DNA of 64,000 nt from Candidatus Gastranaerophilales bacterium (GCA_963931255.1 OZ006972.1:1204421-1268420); one strand, 5' to 3'. Positions 35,667 through 45,476 are shown, counted from the first letter of the stretch. Notes: generated by a model from the letters alone, not told the origin. Numbers and translations are program-made.

Positions 35667-36326
35667 TTATTTCAGACCGTTGTCAACAATGATTTTTGCA
35701 AGAATTCCGTTAATGAAAGATGCACTGTCATCGGTTGAATATTTTTTAGCAAGTTCAAGAGCTTCATCTACAACAACTTTCATCGGAGCATCTTTGATGT
35801 ATAAAAGTTCTACAATTGCTATTCTTAAGATGTCTTTGTCCATTTTGACAAGACGGTCAAAGTCCCAGCCTTTTGAATATTTTTTAATTAAACCGTCAAC
35901 TTCTTCGTGATTTTTTTGGAAAAATTCTGCGATTGTGACTGCATAATTTTTAACTTCATTCTGAGATTCAAGTGTTGCAAATTCTGCTATTTCCAATGCC
36001 AGAAGTGCCTTTTCAGTAATTTCCAGCATATCGTCAATTTTGCCTGACAAATCTGATGTCATCGGCAGCGGAACAGGAACATTTGCAACACCGATTGGTC
36101 TGTTGAGGTTTGTTTCGTGTTCTGCTTCATAAGTATCAATTTTATCTTTCAAATCAATCAACGAACCAAGAGTTAATTTTAACTCATCGCTTGCATTGCT
36201 TGTTAAAATTCTGACTGATTTGAGAATAATATTTTCTAAATCTTCTTTGGAGTAAGTTGTAATTTTTTTATCAAACTGTGAAAACAGTATAAATGCTAAT
36301 TCTCTTGCTGCTCTGCGGGCTTGCAT
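35667..36326 (-). CDS. nusB: transcription antitermination factor NusB (long form, 219 aa)
   Basis: N-terminal RRAARELAFILFSQ. C-terminal ILRIAIVELLYIKDAPMKVVVDEALELAKKYSTDDSASFINGILAKI. About 70 extra residues lie between them. Confidence 0.8.
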   Translation of the reverse strand: MQARRAARELAFILFSQFDKKITTYSKEDLENIILKSVRILTSNASDELKLTLGSLIDLKDKIDTYEAEHETNLNRPIGVANVPVPLPMTSDLSGKIDDMLEITEKALLALEIAEFATLESQNEVKNYAVTIAEFFQKNHEEVDGLIKKYSKGWDFDRLVKMDKDILRIAIVELLYIKDAPMKVVVDEALELAKKYSTDDSASFINGILAKIIVDNGLK

Positions 36327-36383
36327 GGTTTTCCTCTTTTTCTTTTAAGTTTTATACAAGTTTAATTTATCATGAAAAATTTT

Positions 36384-38150
36384 CTAAGACAACGCCCGAA
36401 TCATTTCGTGTGCTTCTTCACATTCAGGGAAAATTTCAACGGCTTTTTCAAGGTGCTGGAGAGCCATTTCAATATCACCGAGTTTTTCGTAGCATTTAGC
36501 GCAGCTTATAAGGACATTCACATTCATCGGACTTTTATCCAGAATTGTTCTGAATATAGTAACAGCTTGTTTGTAGTCTTCAAGTTCGTAGTAGCATAGT
36601 GCAAGAAGATTTCTTGTGTCGCTGTCCTGTTCCATTTCAAAAGATTTTACAAGGTAGATTTTGGCATCTTCGTATTCTCCGCGTAAAAATCTTATGCGTC
36701 CTGCTATGTACAACAGAAATGGGTCCTGCGGCAGGTGTGCCATAGCTGTATTAATTTCTTCCAGTGCAGTATCAAAATCTTTGAACTGGATTTTATTCAG
36801 GGCTGAAAATGCCATTGCCTTATAATTTTCGGGGTCTTTGGCTAGCACTTTCTGATAATATTCATCAGATTCTTTAAAACTGCTTGTGGCATGCAGGTAG
36901 TTTGCATATTCAAACATAATATCCGGATTATCAGGTTCGCATTTCAGAGCAGTTTCAAATTCGTCTTTTGCATAATCAAATAGTCTTCTGCCAAGGTAAA
37001 TTACTCCTAAATCTTTGTGTGCAGGAGCAAATTCAGGATTTAACGCAACAACTTTTTTCAGAATTTTTTCAGCTCTGTCAATATCGTTAGTCATAACGCA
37101 GATATGTGCATAATCATAGTAAATTTCCTGAGAAACACTACCCTGTCTTACAAGTTTTTCATAAATCTCTTTTGCATGGAGAGGTTGATTTACTTTCAAA
37201 TAGAGTCCTGCAAGTTTTAATGACATATTTACGGATTTCGGGTTTAGTGTGACAAGCCTTGTTAGGATGCCGATTGCGTAATGAAATTCACCTGTCTGCT
37301 CATAAGCGCAGGCAAGATTATATTGAAAATTAGGTTTTTCCGGATGTCGGGTTGCAAGTTTTTTATAATGTTTAATTGCTTCTTCGTACATTCCGCCTTT
37401 AAATTCCGAAAGAGCCATTGCTATTATATAGCTTTCCTGTTGTTCTATGTCGTAAGCTTTTTGGAAATATTCAATTGCTTCTTTGTGTTTTTCCTGAATT
37501 TGAAGAATTGAGCCTATGTTGTAGTATGTGATTGAATTATCCGGTTCAAGTTCGCTTGCTTTGAGAAAATTTTCGTATGCTTTTTCAAGATTACCCATTG
37601 TAACATAAGATGTACCGAGGTTGTTATAGAGCTGTGAGTGCTCCGGATTTAATGCAAGGGCTTTTTCCAGAAATTCAATACTTTCTTCATATCTTTTTAG
37701 CGACATACAGGCTGTCCCGACTATATAATACAGAGTGTAATCATCCTGTACAAATTCCAGTGCTTTTTTGCCAAGCTCAATTGCTTTTTCTGCTTCGCCG
37801 GATTTAACATAAACTACGCATAGGTTTTTGTATGCGTCAATGTAGTTTTCTCTTAGACGGATAACCTCCTGATAAGCAGATTTTGCATGCAAAAAATCAT
37901 CCATGTTGTCATAGCAGTTTGCAAGATAAAACCAGCTTGACGCATCTTCCGGTTTGTATTTTACTACTGTTTCAAAATCTTTTCTGCCTTCATCGTACTT
38001 TTCAAGATTAACATTGCATAATCCTGAAAGTTTCAGGGCTTCTATATTTTTTTCGTCGTCGTGTAATAATTCTTTGAGTGAATTTTGTGCTTCTTCAAAT
38101 TTCTTGTCTGATATAAGCTCGTTAATTTGTTCTAAAGTCATCTTTTCCAT
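36384..38150 (-). CDS. TPR repeat protein (588 aa)
   Basis: Many consecutive 34-residue repeats, for example WFYLANCYDNMDDFLHAKSAYQEVIRLRENY. Confidence 0.85.
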   Translation of the reverse strand: MEKMTLEQINELISDKKFEEAQNSLKELLHDDEKNIEALKLSGLCNVNLEKYDEGRKDFETVVKYKPEDASSWFYLANCYDNMDDFLHAKSAYQEVIRLRENYIDAYKNLCVVYVKSGEAEKAIELGKKALEFVQDDYTLYYIVGTACMSLKRYEESIEFLEKALALNPEHSQLYNNLGTSYVTMGNLEKAYENFLKASELEPDNSITYYNIGSILQIQEKHKEAIEYFQKAYDIEQQESYIIAMALSEFKGGMYEEAIKHYKKLATRHPEKPNFQYNLACAYEQTGEFHYAIGILTRLVTLNPKSVNMSLKLAGLYLKVNQPLHAKEIYEKLVRQGSVSQEIYYDYAHICVMTNDIDRAEKILKKVVALNPEFAPAHKDLGVIYLGRRLFDYAKDEFETALKCEPDNPDIMFEYANYLHATSSFKESDEYYQKVLAKDPENYKAMAFSALNKIQFKDFDTALEEINTAMAHLPQDPFLLYIAGRIRFLRGEYEDAKIYLVKSFEMEQDSDTRNLLALCYYELEDYKQAVTIFRTILDKSPMNVNVLISCAKCYEKLGDIEMALQHLEKAVEIFPECEEAHEMIRALS

Positions 38151-38191
38151 ACCCCGATTATACCTTAAAAAAATATTTTGTACAAAGCGGC

Positions 38192-38235
38192 TGGACAGAT
38201 TTTGCGTTTATATGGTATAATAGAGTGTCACACAC
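38192..38235 (+). promoter_or_regulatory. sigma70-like extended -10 promoter plus conserved initial transcribed sequence; copy 2
   Basis: TGGACA-GATTTT-N9-TGG-TATAAT-AGAGTGTCACACAC. Same spacing as the copy at 17024-17067. Confidence 0.6.
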
Positions 38236-38276
38236 ACAAGAATTTCCCCTTGTTCCTCTAATGAAAGGAACAAAAA

Positions 38277-38939
38277 ATGGGCAAAAAAAGTAAATACCCC
38301 GCATTTTCTAACGGTGCAGTTTCCGTAAACGGTCAGACTATAGCAACTACCAGTAAAAACGGCAATACTGTCACCACAAATTATAATATGTCTGATTCTG
38401 AAAAAAATCTTTATGATTATGTACAAAATTCTTTTACAGATTCTCTGAAAAACGTTAATGTATTTGATGATGACACAAAAAAGAATTTACAGGCACAGGT
38501 TGACGCTTATACAAATAAAGGTTTGGATTTAATCAACGATACCTATACACCTATGATTAATGACCTTAAAAATGACATAGCGTCAAGATTCGGGAACTTT
38601 GACAATTCCGTATTTATGGATAACTTAAATTCAATCGAAAGCAACAGAGCTGATGCTATGAATTCTCTTGCACAGGACGTGTTGACACAACAGTCAAATT
38701 TGATTAATGATGAACTTTCGCGGCGTTATAATTATTTGAATTTATTGAGCGGAACTCAAAACCAGATGATAAATAATATTATGAGTTATCTCGGTGCTGC
38801 TATGCAAAACAGTTCTGCCGGCAACTCTTACAATCAGGCTAGCTATAACGCAACAAACGGCGGCGGTGGCGGGTCATCGATTGATTACGCAAATCTTCTT
38901 TCTACAATAGGGCAGGCTTTTTTAAAGTCACGATTTTAA
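38277..38939 (+). CDS. hypothetical Asn/Gln/Ser-rich protein (220 aa) with a C-terminal GGGGG tract
   Basis: AAAGGAA 7 nt upstream. No signal peptide. NQMINNIMSYLGAAMQNSSAGNSYNQASYNATNGGGGGSSIDYANLLSTIGQAFLKSRF. Followed by a terminator. Confidence 0.75.
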   Translation: MGKKSKYPAFSNGAVSVNGQTIATTSKNGNTVTTNYNMSDSEKNLYDYVQNSFTDSLKNVNVFDDDTKKNLQAQVDAYTNKGLDLINDTYTPMINDLKNDIASRFGNFDNSVFMDNLNSIESNRADAMNSLAQDVLTQQSNLINDELSRRYNYLNLLSGTQNQMINNIMSYLGAAMQNSSAGNSYNQASYNATNGGGGGSSIDYANLLSTIGQAFLKSRF

Positions 38940-38945
38940 ATAGCG

Positions 38946-38969
38946 GCGGGGAAGAAATTCCCCGCTTTT
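38946..38969 (+). terminator. intrinsic terminator
   Basis: GCGGGGAA-GAAA-TTCCCCGC followed by TTTT. Confidence 0.8.
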
Positions 38970-38994
38970 CTTCTCTTTGTATTATAATAATCGT

Positions 38995-40329
38995 ATGAAT
39001 ATCACGCAAGAATTTGATACAATTACGGCAATAGCAACACCGATAGGAACGGGCGGAGTCGGCGTTATTAGAATTTCCGGCGATAACAGTTTTGATATTA
39101 TAAACAAGATTTTTTCCAAAAAAAATCCGGAAGCCGGAAAAATTGCCCATGGCTGGATTGTAGACGGCGATGTAAAAATTGATGAAGTTGTTGTACTTCC
39201 TTTTAAAAAACCTAACAGCTATACAGGTGAAGATGTAATTGAGATTCAATGCCATGGCGGGATTAATGTTGTAAGAAACATTCTTGACCTCGTTTTGCAG
39301 TACGGGGCGCGTATGGCGGAACGCGGTGAATTTACCAAACGGGCTTTTTTGAACGGCAAAATGGATTTGTCACAGGCCGAGGCGGTGGCTGATTTAATCC
39401 ACTCCAAAACAAAACAGTTTGCCAGACAGTCAGCCAAAAATCTTGCAGGAGTGCTTGCAGGTAAAATTGCCGAAATCAGAAAAGATATTTTTGAGGTACT
39501 TTCAAGAATCGTCGCGGGAATAGATTTTCCTGAAGATGTTCGTGAACCTGAATATTCATATCTTATTGATGAATTTAAAAAAGCTATTGAAAAGATAGAT
39601 AAAATTTTATCCTGCGCGCAGGCTTCGGATATTATGCGTCAGGGTGTTAAAATTGCCATTGCCGGCAAACCAAATGTCGGTAAGTCTTCTCTCTTTAATA
39701 CATTGTTGAATGTTGAACGTGCAATTGTAACTGATATTGCAGGTACTACCCGTGATGTTTTGAAAGAAAATCTTGATTGGGATGTTGCAATTACTCTGAT
39801 TGATACTGCAGGCATCCGTGACAATGATGAAGTTGAAAAAGTAGAAAAAATCGGGATTGAATATTCAAAACAATCTGTTGATGAAGCTGATCTGGTTCTG
39901 TTTTTATATAATGCACAGACCGGCATGAATGACGATGATATAAGTATTTTAGAGCTTTTAAAAGATAAAAGGCATATCATAATTGCCAATAAATGTGATC
40001 TTATAACAGAACGAAAACCTGATATTTTTTATCTTTCCACAGTTACCGGTGAGGGGTTGGAAGAACTCAAAAACAGAATTAAACAAATAGTGTGTGATTT
40101 TTCGCTTGATGATACGGAATTTATTACAAACAAAAGACAACAGGATTGTCTGGCAAAAACAAAAGAAAGCCTTACAACAGCGCTCGGAGCGGCAGAATAC
40201 GGCGAACTTCAGGATTTAATATCAATTGATGTGAAACAGGCGCTTTTGTATCTGGATGAACTCACAGGCGAAGTTATAACGGATGATATTCTCAATAATA
40301 TCTTTGACCACTTCTGTATAGGTAAATAA
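38995..40329 (+). CDS. mnmE: tRNA uridine-5-carboxymethylaminomethyl modification GTPase
   Basis: Trimmed to MNITQEFDTITAIATPIGTGGVGVIRISG. G-domain GKPNVGKSSLFN, DTAGIR, NKCDL. C-terminal CIGK. Confidence 0.9.
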   Translation: MNITQEFDTITAIATPIGTGGVGVIRISGDNSFDIINKIFSKKNPEAGKIAHGWIVDGDVKIDEVVVLPFKKPNSYTGEDVIEIQCHGGINVVRNILDLVLQYGARMAERGEFTKRAFLNGKMDLSQAEAVADLIHSKTKQFARQSAKNLAGVLAGKIAEIRKDIFEVLSRIVAGIDFPEDVREPEYSYLIDEFKKAIEKIDKILSCAQASDIMRQGVKIAIAGKPNVGKSSLFNTLLNVERAIVTDIAGTTRDVLKENLDWDVAITLIDTAGIRDNDEVEKVEKIGIEYSKQSVDEADLVLFLYNAQTGMNDDDISILELLKDKRHIIIANKCDLITERKPDIFYLSTVTGEGLEELKNRIKQIVCDFSLDDTEFITNKRQQDCLAKTKESLTTALGAAEYGELQDLISIDVKQALLYLDELTGEVITDDILNNIFDHFCIGK

Positions 40330-40992
40330 TTATCTGCTGCGCTTTGCTATGGCATCAAGCGATTCACGTGCTAACTTATACCATTCGTCTTTCGGATTTA
40401 AATAAGGCTGAAGCAGTTCTATATCTTTACCTGTGCCCTTTTCTTTCAGTATGCTGAATATTTGTGCGCGCAGGTTGGTGCTGTCGTGACCGTGAAACTG
40501 CAAATTTCTGTCTTCAAGGTACGGTTTTAGAATTGCGGTCATTTTGTCGTGTTCAATGTTTGTAAATACATTATATGCGTGGTATTGAAACTGTCTTACA
40601 TCCGAATTTAAAAAATCCAGCAGCATATCGCCTGTACGTTTACCGTCCAGTTTTTCCCTCGATAGGGTTTGAGAGATTTTAATGCTTTTTGAGATTTCCT
40701 CTTTTGATTTAAGCCAGAAGATACCGTTTGATGCATCTTTCAATGCTTTGTGTGCGCTTGTTTGCGGCTCCGGAGTTTTCTCTTTTTGTGTCAGTGCAAG
40801 AGTTAAGACGCCAATCGCCAGTACTGCTGCCGGTATAATTATGGCAGTAAAGATTTTTTCAGGTTTCGTATTTGACTTTTGTTTTTCAAAACGGTCTGAC
40901 TGCTGTTTATTATTTATATGATTGGGGTGTCGTTGGAAAGAAAGCGGAACTGCAGCCGCTATCGTAAGATTTTTTATTGAATTTATACGCAT
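40330..40992 (-). CDS. hypothetical membrane-anchored protein
   Basis: Trimmed to MRINSIKNL (ATG 40992). One TM segment (IFTAIIIPAAVLAIGVLTLAL). Helical-repeat-like C-terminal part. Confidence 0.6.
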   Translation of the reverse strand: MRINSIKNLTIAAAVPLSFQRHPNHINNKQQSDRFEKQKSNTKPEKIFTAIIIPAAVLAIGVLTLALTQKEKTPEPQTSAHKALKDASNGIFWLKSKEEISKSIKISQTLSREKLDGKRTGDMLLDFLNSDVRQFQYHAYNVFTNIEHDKMTAILKPYLEDRNLQFHGHDSTNLRAQIFSILKEKGTGKDIELLQPYLNPKDEWYKLARESLDAIAKRSR

Positions 40993-41057
40993 TTTATCTA
41001 AATTACTATATATAATAACGGGGTTGACAATAAAATAATAAAACAAAAATAAAAATA

Positions 41058-41381
41058 TTAATATCTGAAAAATCTGTCAAAATCTACATCGTCAAAACTG
41101 CACAAAAGCCTGAAAAGTTCATCATGTTCATCCATTCTCTGAAAATTATACTCATCAAATTTCCAGTATTTGGGTTTTATTCCTTTGACTCTTACGATTC
41201 CGGCATCTTTCAGGATGTTAAGTTTCTTTTTTACGATATCAAGTGGCAAATCTACAAGTTTGGCGAGTTCAACTGATGTTATTCCCTCTTCATTATCATA
41301 TTTTTCGGGTGTGAGAAACATCAATTCAAGCCCTACTTTCTTAAGCTCTTTGTCTTCTGTCTCTAATTCGTACTCGTACAT
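41058..41381 (-). CDS. small winged-helix-like DNA-binding protein (hypothetical)
   Basis: ITSVELAKLVDLPLDIVKKKLNILKDAGIVRVKG resembles a MarR/ArsR-type recognition helix plus wing. Confidence 0.5.
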   Translation of the reverse strand: MYEYELETEDKELKKVGLELMFLTPEKYDNEEGITSVELAKLVDLPLDIVKKKLNILKDAGIVRVKGIKPKYWKFDEYNFQRMDEHDELFRLLCSFDDVDFDRFFRY

Positions 41382-41536
41382 AATTTAATTTTATCAGGTC
41401 AATAGAAATTTTTATCATATTTTTGTATTAATTGTATGTATAATACTAGATTTTTTTATAATAAAAATCAAATAAACAGTGCGGAATGTTATTTGAATAC
41501 GATAGCGAACCGGTGCGTGAGAGTGTTACTTAAAAT

Positions 41537-42382
41537 CTAATGATGAAGTTCTGCCGCATTGTACGAACTTCTGACAAGCGGACCTATCTGATAATGCTTA
41601 ATCCCGCATTTTTCAGCAAGCTTTTTTAACTCTTCAAATTCTTCGGGAGTATAATATTTAGCAACGGGGAGGTGCTCTTTTGACGGCTGGATGTACTGAC
41701 CTATTGTTACAATATCGCACCCTGCTGAATTCAAAGCAAGAAGAGTTTGTTCTATTTCTTCAATAGTTTCTCCGAGACCAACCATCAGACCTGATTTGGT
41801 TATAATGTCACTGTTATCTTTTACGTATTTCAAAACCTCAAGCGAACGGGAATATATTGCCTGCGGACGTGCGGTTTTAAATAGGCGTTCAACTGTTTCT
41901 ATATTGTGGTTAAATACTTCGGGATGCGCTTTAATTATTACGTCAAGAGCATTCCTGTCGCCTTTAAAATCCGGTGTAAGAATTTCTATTTTAACCTCAG
42001 GCGTGAGGGTTCTTATTTCTTTTATACAGTTTGCGAAATGTTCAGCTCCGCCGTCTGGCAAATCATCGCGTGTTACTGATGTTATTACAGCGTATTTTAA
42101 CCCGAGAGCCTGAATGGCTTCTGCTGCATGTTTGGGTTCACCCTTGTCTAAGGGTTCCGGTTTTGCACATCCTATGTTGCAGTAACGGCAGTTGCGAGTG
42201 CAGACATTCCCCATAATCAAAAAAGTTGCGGTGTTTTTTGTGTAGCATTCATTTTTATTCGGGCAGCGCGCGTTTTCGCAAACAGTATTCAGGCATTTTG
42301 TTTTGAGAATTTTCCGGACGGTTCTTGTTTTGTCGGTGTCAATAATAGGACGTTTAAGATATTCGGGCAGTCTTTCTCTCAT
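41537..42382 (-). CDS. lipA: lipoyl synthase
   Basis: VCENARCPNKNEC auxiliary-cluster motif. Radical-SAM CTRNCRYC. Confidence 0.95.
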   Translation of the reverse strand: MRERLPEYLKRPIIDTDKTRTVRKILKTKCLNTVCENARCPNKNECYTKNTATFLIMGNVCTRNCRYCNIGCAKPEPLDKGEPKHAAEAIQALGLKYAVITSVTRDDLPDGGAEHFANCIKEIRTLTPEVKIEILTPDFKGDRNALDVIIKAHPEVFNHNIETVERLFKTARPQAIYSRSLEVLKYVKDNSDIITKSGLMVGLGETIEEIEQTLLALNSAGCDIVTIGQYIQPSKEHLPVAKYYTPEEFEELKKLAEKCGIKHYQIGPLVRSSYNAAELHH

Positions 42383-43621
42383 TTATGAAAACCTCCACAA
42401 GCTCTCAAAAATTCCCTCTGAATAGGTCGGGTGGGCAAAACAGATTTCTTTCAGCTTATCAATGGTAATATTATTCTGCATAGCTATTAAAATCTGATGA
42501 ATTAAGGCTGATGCTTCTTTAGAAACTATGTGGGCTCCGATTATTTTGTCATCCTGTGAAAGGATTTTAATAAAACCGTCTGTACAGTTATCGCAGTGTG
42601 CTTTACCGAGTGCGGAGATAAGCAGATTTGATTTTCTGTATGAGCCTTCCTGCAAATCCTGTTCACGTTTTCCTATCCACGCTATTTCAGGGCAGCCGTA
42701 TACTACCGACGGCACAAGATTTTCATCAAATTTAATTCCGTCAATCGCTGCTATTGCCTGTTTTATTCCGAAATGGGCAAGCTGAATAGAGCCGCATACA
42801 TCTCCGATATATGTCACCCCGCTGATTTTTTCTGTTGAAACAGGTTTTCTTCCGACCGCAAGAAGAATTTTTTCGGGATTAAGCTGTTCTCCGTTTGTGA
42901 GCAGAACATTTTTCCCGTCAATTCTCTCAACAGTTGTTCCGGTATAAAATTTAATCTTTTTAGTTTTGAACATCCGTTCAAGCCGTTTTGAAACTTCAGT
43001 GTCGGCAAGCGGTAAAAGGTGTCCGGCAAATTCAATAACAGTAACTTCTACACCGAAGTTTGAAAAAATTCTTGCCCATTCTGTTCCGATAGCGCCGGAG
43101 CCAATAATAAGTATACTTTTGGGCAGTTCTTCTAAATTCAATATGTCATCCGAGTTAAGGATGAATTTGTGGTCAAACTGTAATCCTTTAAGTTCTTTTG
43201 GTTCTGCTCCTGTTGCAGCGATGATTTTCCCGCACCTGAAAGTTTCTCCGTTTGCTGTTATTGTGTTTGAATCAACTATTTCAGCTTCGGAATGTATCAC
43301 CTGAATTTTGCTGTTTTTAAGGGCTAGTTCAAGATTTTTTCTTAATTTTTCAACAACCTGATTTTTATGTTCTAAAATTTTTTTATAATCAACGCCTGTG
43401 TTTTCAACTGACAGACCTAAATCTGCACAATTTTGCATTTCCTGATAGAGTTCAGATACATGGAGAATTGTTTTAGTCGGGATGCATCCTTTATTAAGGC
43501 AGACACCGCCTGTGCAGTCTTTTTCAAAAATTACAACGCTCAGCCCCTTTGATTTTGCGTGAAATGCTGCAGTATACCCTGCCGGACCTGCTCCGATTAT
43601 CCCTATATCAAAATTTTCCAT
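42383..43621 (-). CDS. dihydrolipoyl dehydrogenase-like FAD-dependent pyridine nucleotide-disulfide oxidoreductase (short, 412 aa)
   Basis: GIIGAGPAGYTAA, redox disulfide GGVCLNKGCIPTK, GSGAIGTEWA, C-terminal FAHPTYSE. Confidence 0.8.
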   Translation of the reverse strand: MENFDIGIIGAGPAGYTAAFHAKSKGLSVVIFEKDCTGGVCLNKGCIPTKTILHVSELYQEMQNCADLGLSVENTGVDYKKILEHKNQVVEKLRKNLELALKNSKIQVIHSEAEIVDSNTITANGETFRCGKIIAATGAEPKELKGLQFDHKFILNSDDILNLEELPKSILIIGSGAIGTEWARIFSNFGVEVTVIEFAGHLLPLADTEVSKRLERMFKTKKIKFYTGTTVERIDGKNVLLTNGEQLNPEKILLAVGRKPVSTEKISGVTYIGDVCGSIQLAHFGIKQAIAAIDGIKFDENLVPSVVYGCPEIAWIGKREQDLQEGSYRKSNLLISALGKAHCDNCTDGFIKILSQDDKIIGAHIVSKEASALIHQILIAMQNNITIDKLKEICFAHPTYSEGIFESLWRFS

Positions 43622-43628
43622 ATTTCAC

Positions 43629-44753
43629 CTATCTTGTATAAACCCTTGGCAGTCTGACTTTTAATCTGCAGGTTAATTCGTAATTAATTGTCTTTGCAAT
43701 ATGTGCCCACTCATCTATGGTGTTTCCGTTGCCGAGTAGTGTAATTGTATCCCCGACTTTGGCATCTGTACCGGTAATATCAAACATCATTTGATCCATG
43801 GTTATATTGCCCACCTGAGGAACTTTTTGTCCGTTTAGAATTCCACAGATTTTGTTGGACAGAATTCTCGGAACCCCGTCTGCATATCCTATAGGAACAG
43901 TTGCAATGGTTCTTGTTCCCTGTGCTCTGTATGTGTGGGAATAGCTTACGCCCTCACCGTCATGAGCTTCATGGATATGAACAATTCTCCCTTTAAGACT
44001 CAAAAGCGGTTTAAGGTCAAACTTGTTTTTGTCAGCATCCGGCGGCAGGTCTGGGTACAAGCCGTATAATGCTATACCAACACGCCGCATATTTGTAGTA
44101 GGAACTTCATAGTACATTGTTCCTACAGTATTTTGAATATGGAGAAGAAGCCCTGTTGTATCTATTTGTGAAATGATTTTATTCCATTTATCTATCTGTA
44201 ATTGAGTTTCATCCCGTTCTTCAGCTGATGCAAGGTGGGTGAATAGCCCTTTGAAGTCTATAAAGTCACAATTTTGAACCTGTTTTATAAAATCAACGGC
44301 TTCGTCAACTGATACTCCAATTCTGTTCATTCCGGTATCAATTTTAACGTGGATTTTAGGTTTTATGCCTGTTCTTTCATAAGCAAGACGGCAGGCTTCA
44401 ATGTGGTCTTTTGAAAATACTGATATAGATAAATCAGCCGCAACGGCACTTTCTACTGCCCATACCGGTACTGCTCCTAAAACAAGAATATCGCATCCGA
44501 TTTTTGCATTACGTAAATCAACACCTTCATCAATGGAGGCAACTCCGAGCATATCAATTCCCGATGCGAGAATTACAGGCGCAAGCATTACAGCACCGTG
44601 CCCGTAAGCATCTGCTTTTACGACCCCGAGAAGTTTTGTTTCTTTCGGGACATTTTTTCTGATTTCTTTTATATTATGTTCCAGGCTCTCTAAATTAATT
44701 TCAATCCAGGCATCCCTGTGTGTGTTTATATTCGTTTGTCTGACGTTTTTCAT
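43629..44753 (-). CDS. alr: alanine racemase
   Basis: PLP-lysine motif GVVKADAYGHG. Also IPIGYADG-type VPIGYADGVPR. Confidence 0.9.
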   Translation of the reverse strand: MKNVRQTNINTHRDAWIEINLESLEHNIKEIRKNVPKETKLLGVVKADAYGHGAVMLAPVILASGIDMLGVASIDEGVDLRNAKIGCDILVLGAVPVWAVESAVAADLSISVFSKDHIEACRLAYERTGIKPKIHVKIDTGMNRIGVSVDEAVDFIKQVQNCDFIDFKGLFTHLASAEERDETQLQIDKWNKIISQIDTTGLLLHIQNTVGTMYYEVPTTNMRRVGIALYGLYPDLPPDADKNKFDLKPLLSLKGRIVHIHEAHDGEGVSYSHTYRAQGTRTIATVPIGYADGVPRILSNKICGILNGQKVPQVGNITMDQMMFDITGTDAKVGDTITLLGNGNTIDEWAHIAKTINYELTCRLKVRLPRVYTR

Positions 44754-44859
44754 AACACAATTATATTATAAACAACAGGAAAAAGCTATGTGTATTCTCT
44801 CAATCTTGTTATATATAATCCTTTTGATTTATTATCCTGCAAAACACAGGTTGACAGAT

Positions 44860-45474
44860 TTAAATATTATAAGTAAACTGCAGCAGATTTCCCATTAAGT
44901 TTTCATTCCAAACCTGTACATCCTGCGGCACTTCAAGCACTACCGGCGTGAAATTCCAAATGTATTTTATGTTTGCACTCAGCAGATATTCTGCTGTTTT
45001 TTGCGCATATTCACGCGGAACTGTCAGAATTGCTATATCAGCATTTAATTCCTGTTTTAATTTGGCCAGTTCTTTGATATCCAATATTTTTTTGCCGTTT
45101 ACGATTTTCCCGATTTTATTTTTATCATTGTCAAACAGCGCCAGAATATTCAGACCGTAGTTCATAAAGTTATCATATTTTGCAAGTGCGGAGCCAAGAT
45201 TGCCGGCACCTATAATAAAAGCTTTCTTCTCCTTTTTGAACCCGAGGGTCTTTTCTATGGAGGCTTTCAATTCTTTTACTATGTATCCTACTCTTGATTT
45301 GCCTGAATTATTCAGGAGAGATATGTCTTTGCGCACCTGTGAATCGTCAATATTAAGGCGTGTTGCTATTTGTTTGCTGGAGATAAATTCTATATTTTCT
45401 TTAATAAAATCCGACAGTATGCAATGATATAATGTCAGACGTCCTATTACTTTATCAGATATTTTTTTGTCCAT
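44860..45474 (-). CDS. rex: redox-sensing transcriptional repressor Rex
   Basis: RLTLYHCIL, ISSKQIATRLNIDDSQVRKDIS, Rossmann IIGAGNLGSAL. Confidence 0.85.
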   Translation of the reverse strand: MDKKISDKVIGRLTLYHCILSDFIKENIEFISSKQIATRLNIDDSQVRKDISLLNNSGKSRVGYIVKELKASIEKTLGFKKEKKAFIIGAGNLGSALAKYDNFMNYGLNILALFDNDKNKIGKIVNGKKILDIKELAKLKQELNADIAILTVPREYAQKTAEYLLSANIKYIWNFTPVVLEVPQDVQVWNENLMGNLLQFTYNI

Positions 45475-45476
45475 AA

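Noticed and set aside
35667-36326. NusB with a ~70-aa internal insertion as a novelty.
   Set aside because: Long-form NusB proteins exist in some lineages, as far as I recall. Without an alignment I cannot say this one is unusual. It is recorded as a feature only.
38208-39255. Minus-strand track ORFs 38208..38426 and 38902..39255.
   Set aside because: They overlap the conserved promoter, the 220-aa gene, its terminator and mnmE. Their translations are Cys/Phe/Ile-rich junk without SD sites.
44754-44859. Rex operator (TTGTGAA-N-TTCACAA type) near rex or alr.
   Set aside because: Only non-palindromic AACACAA / AAACAA strings are present. I found no inverted repeat of the expected type here or at 47876-47964.
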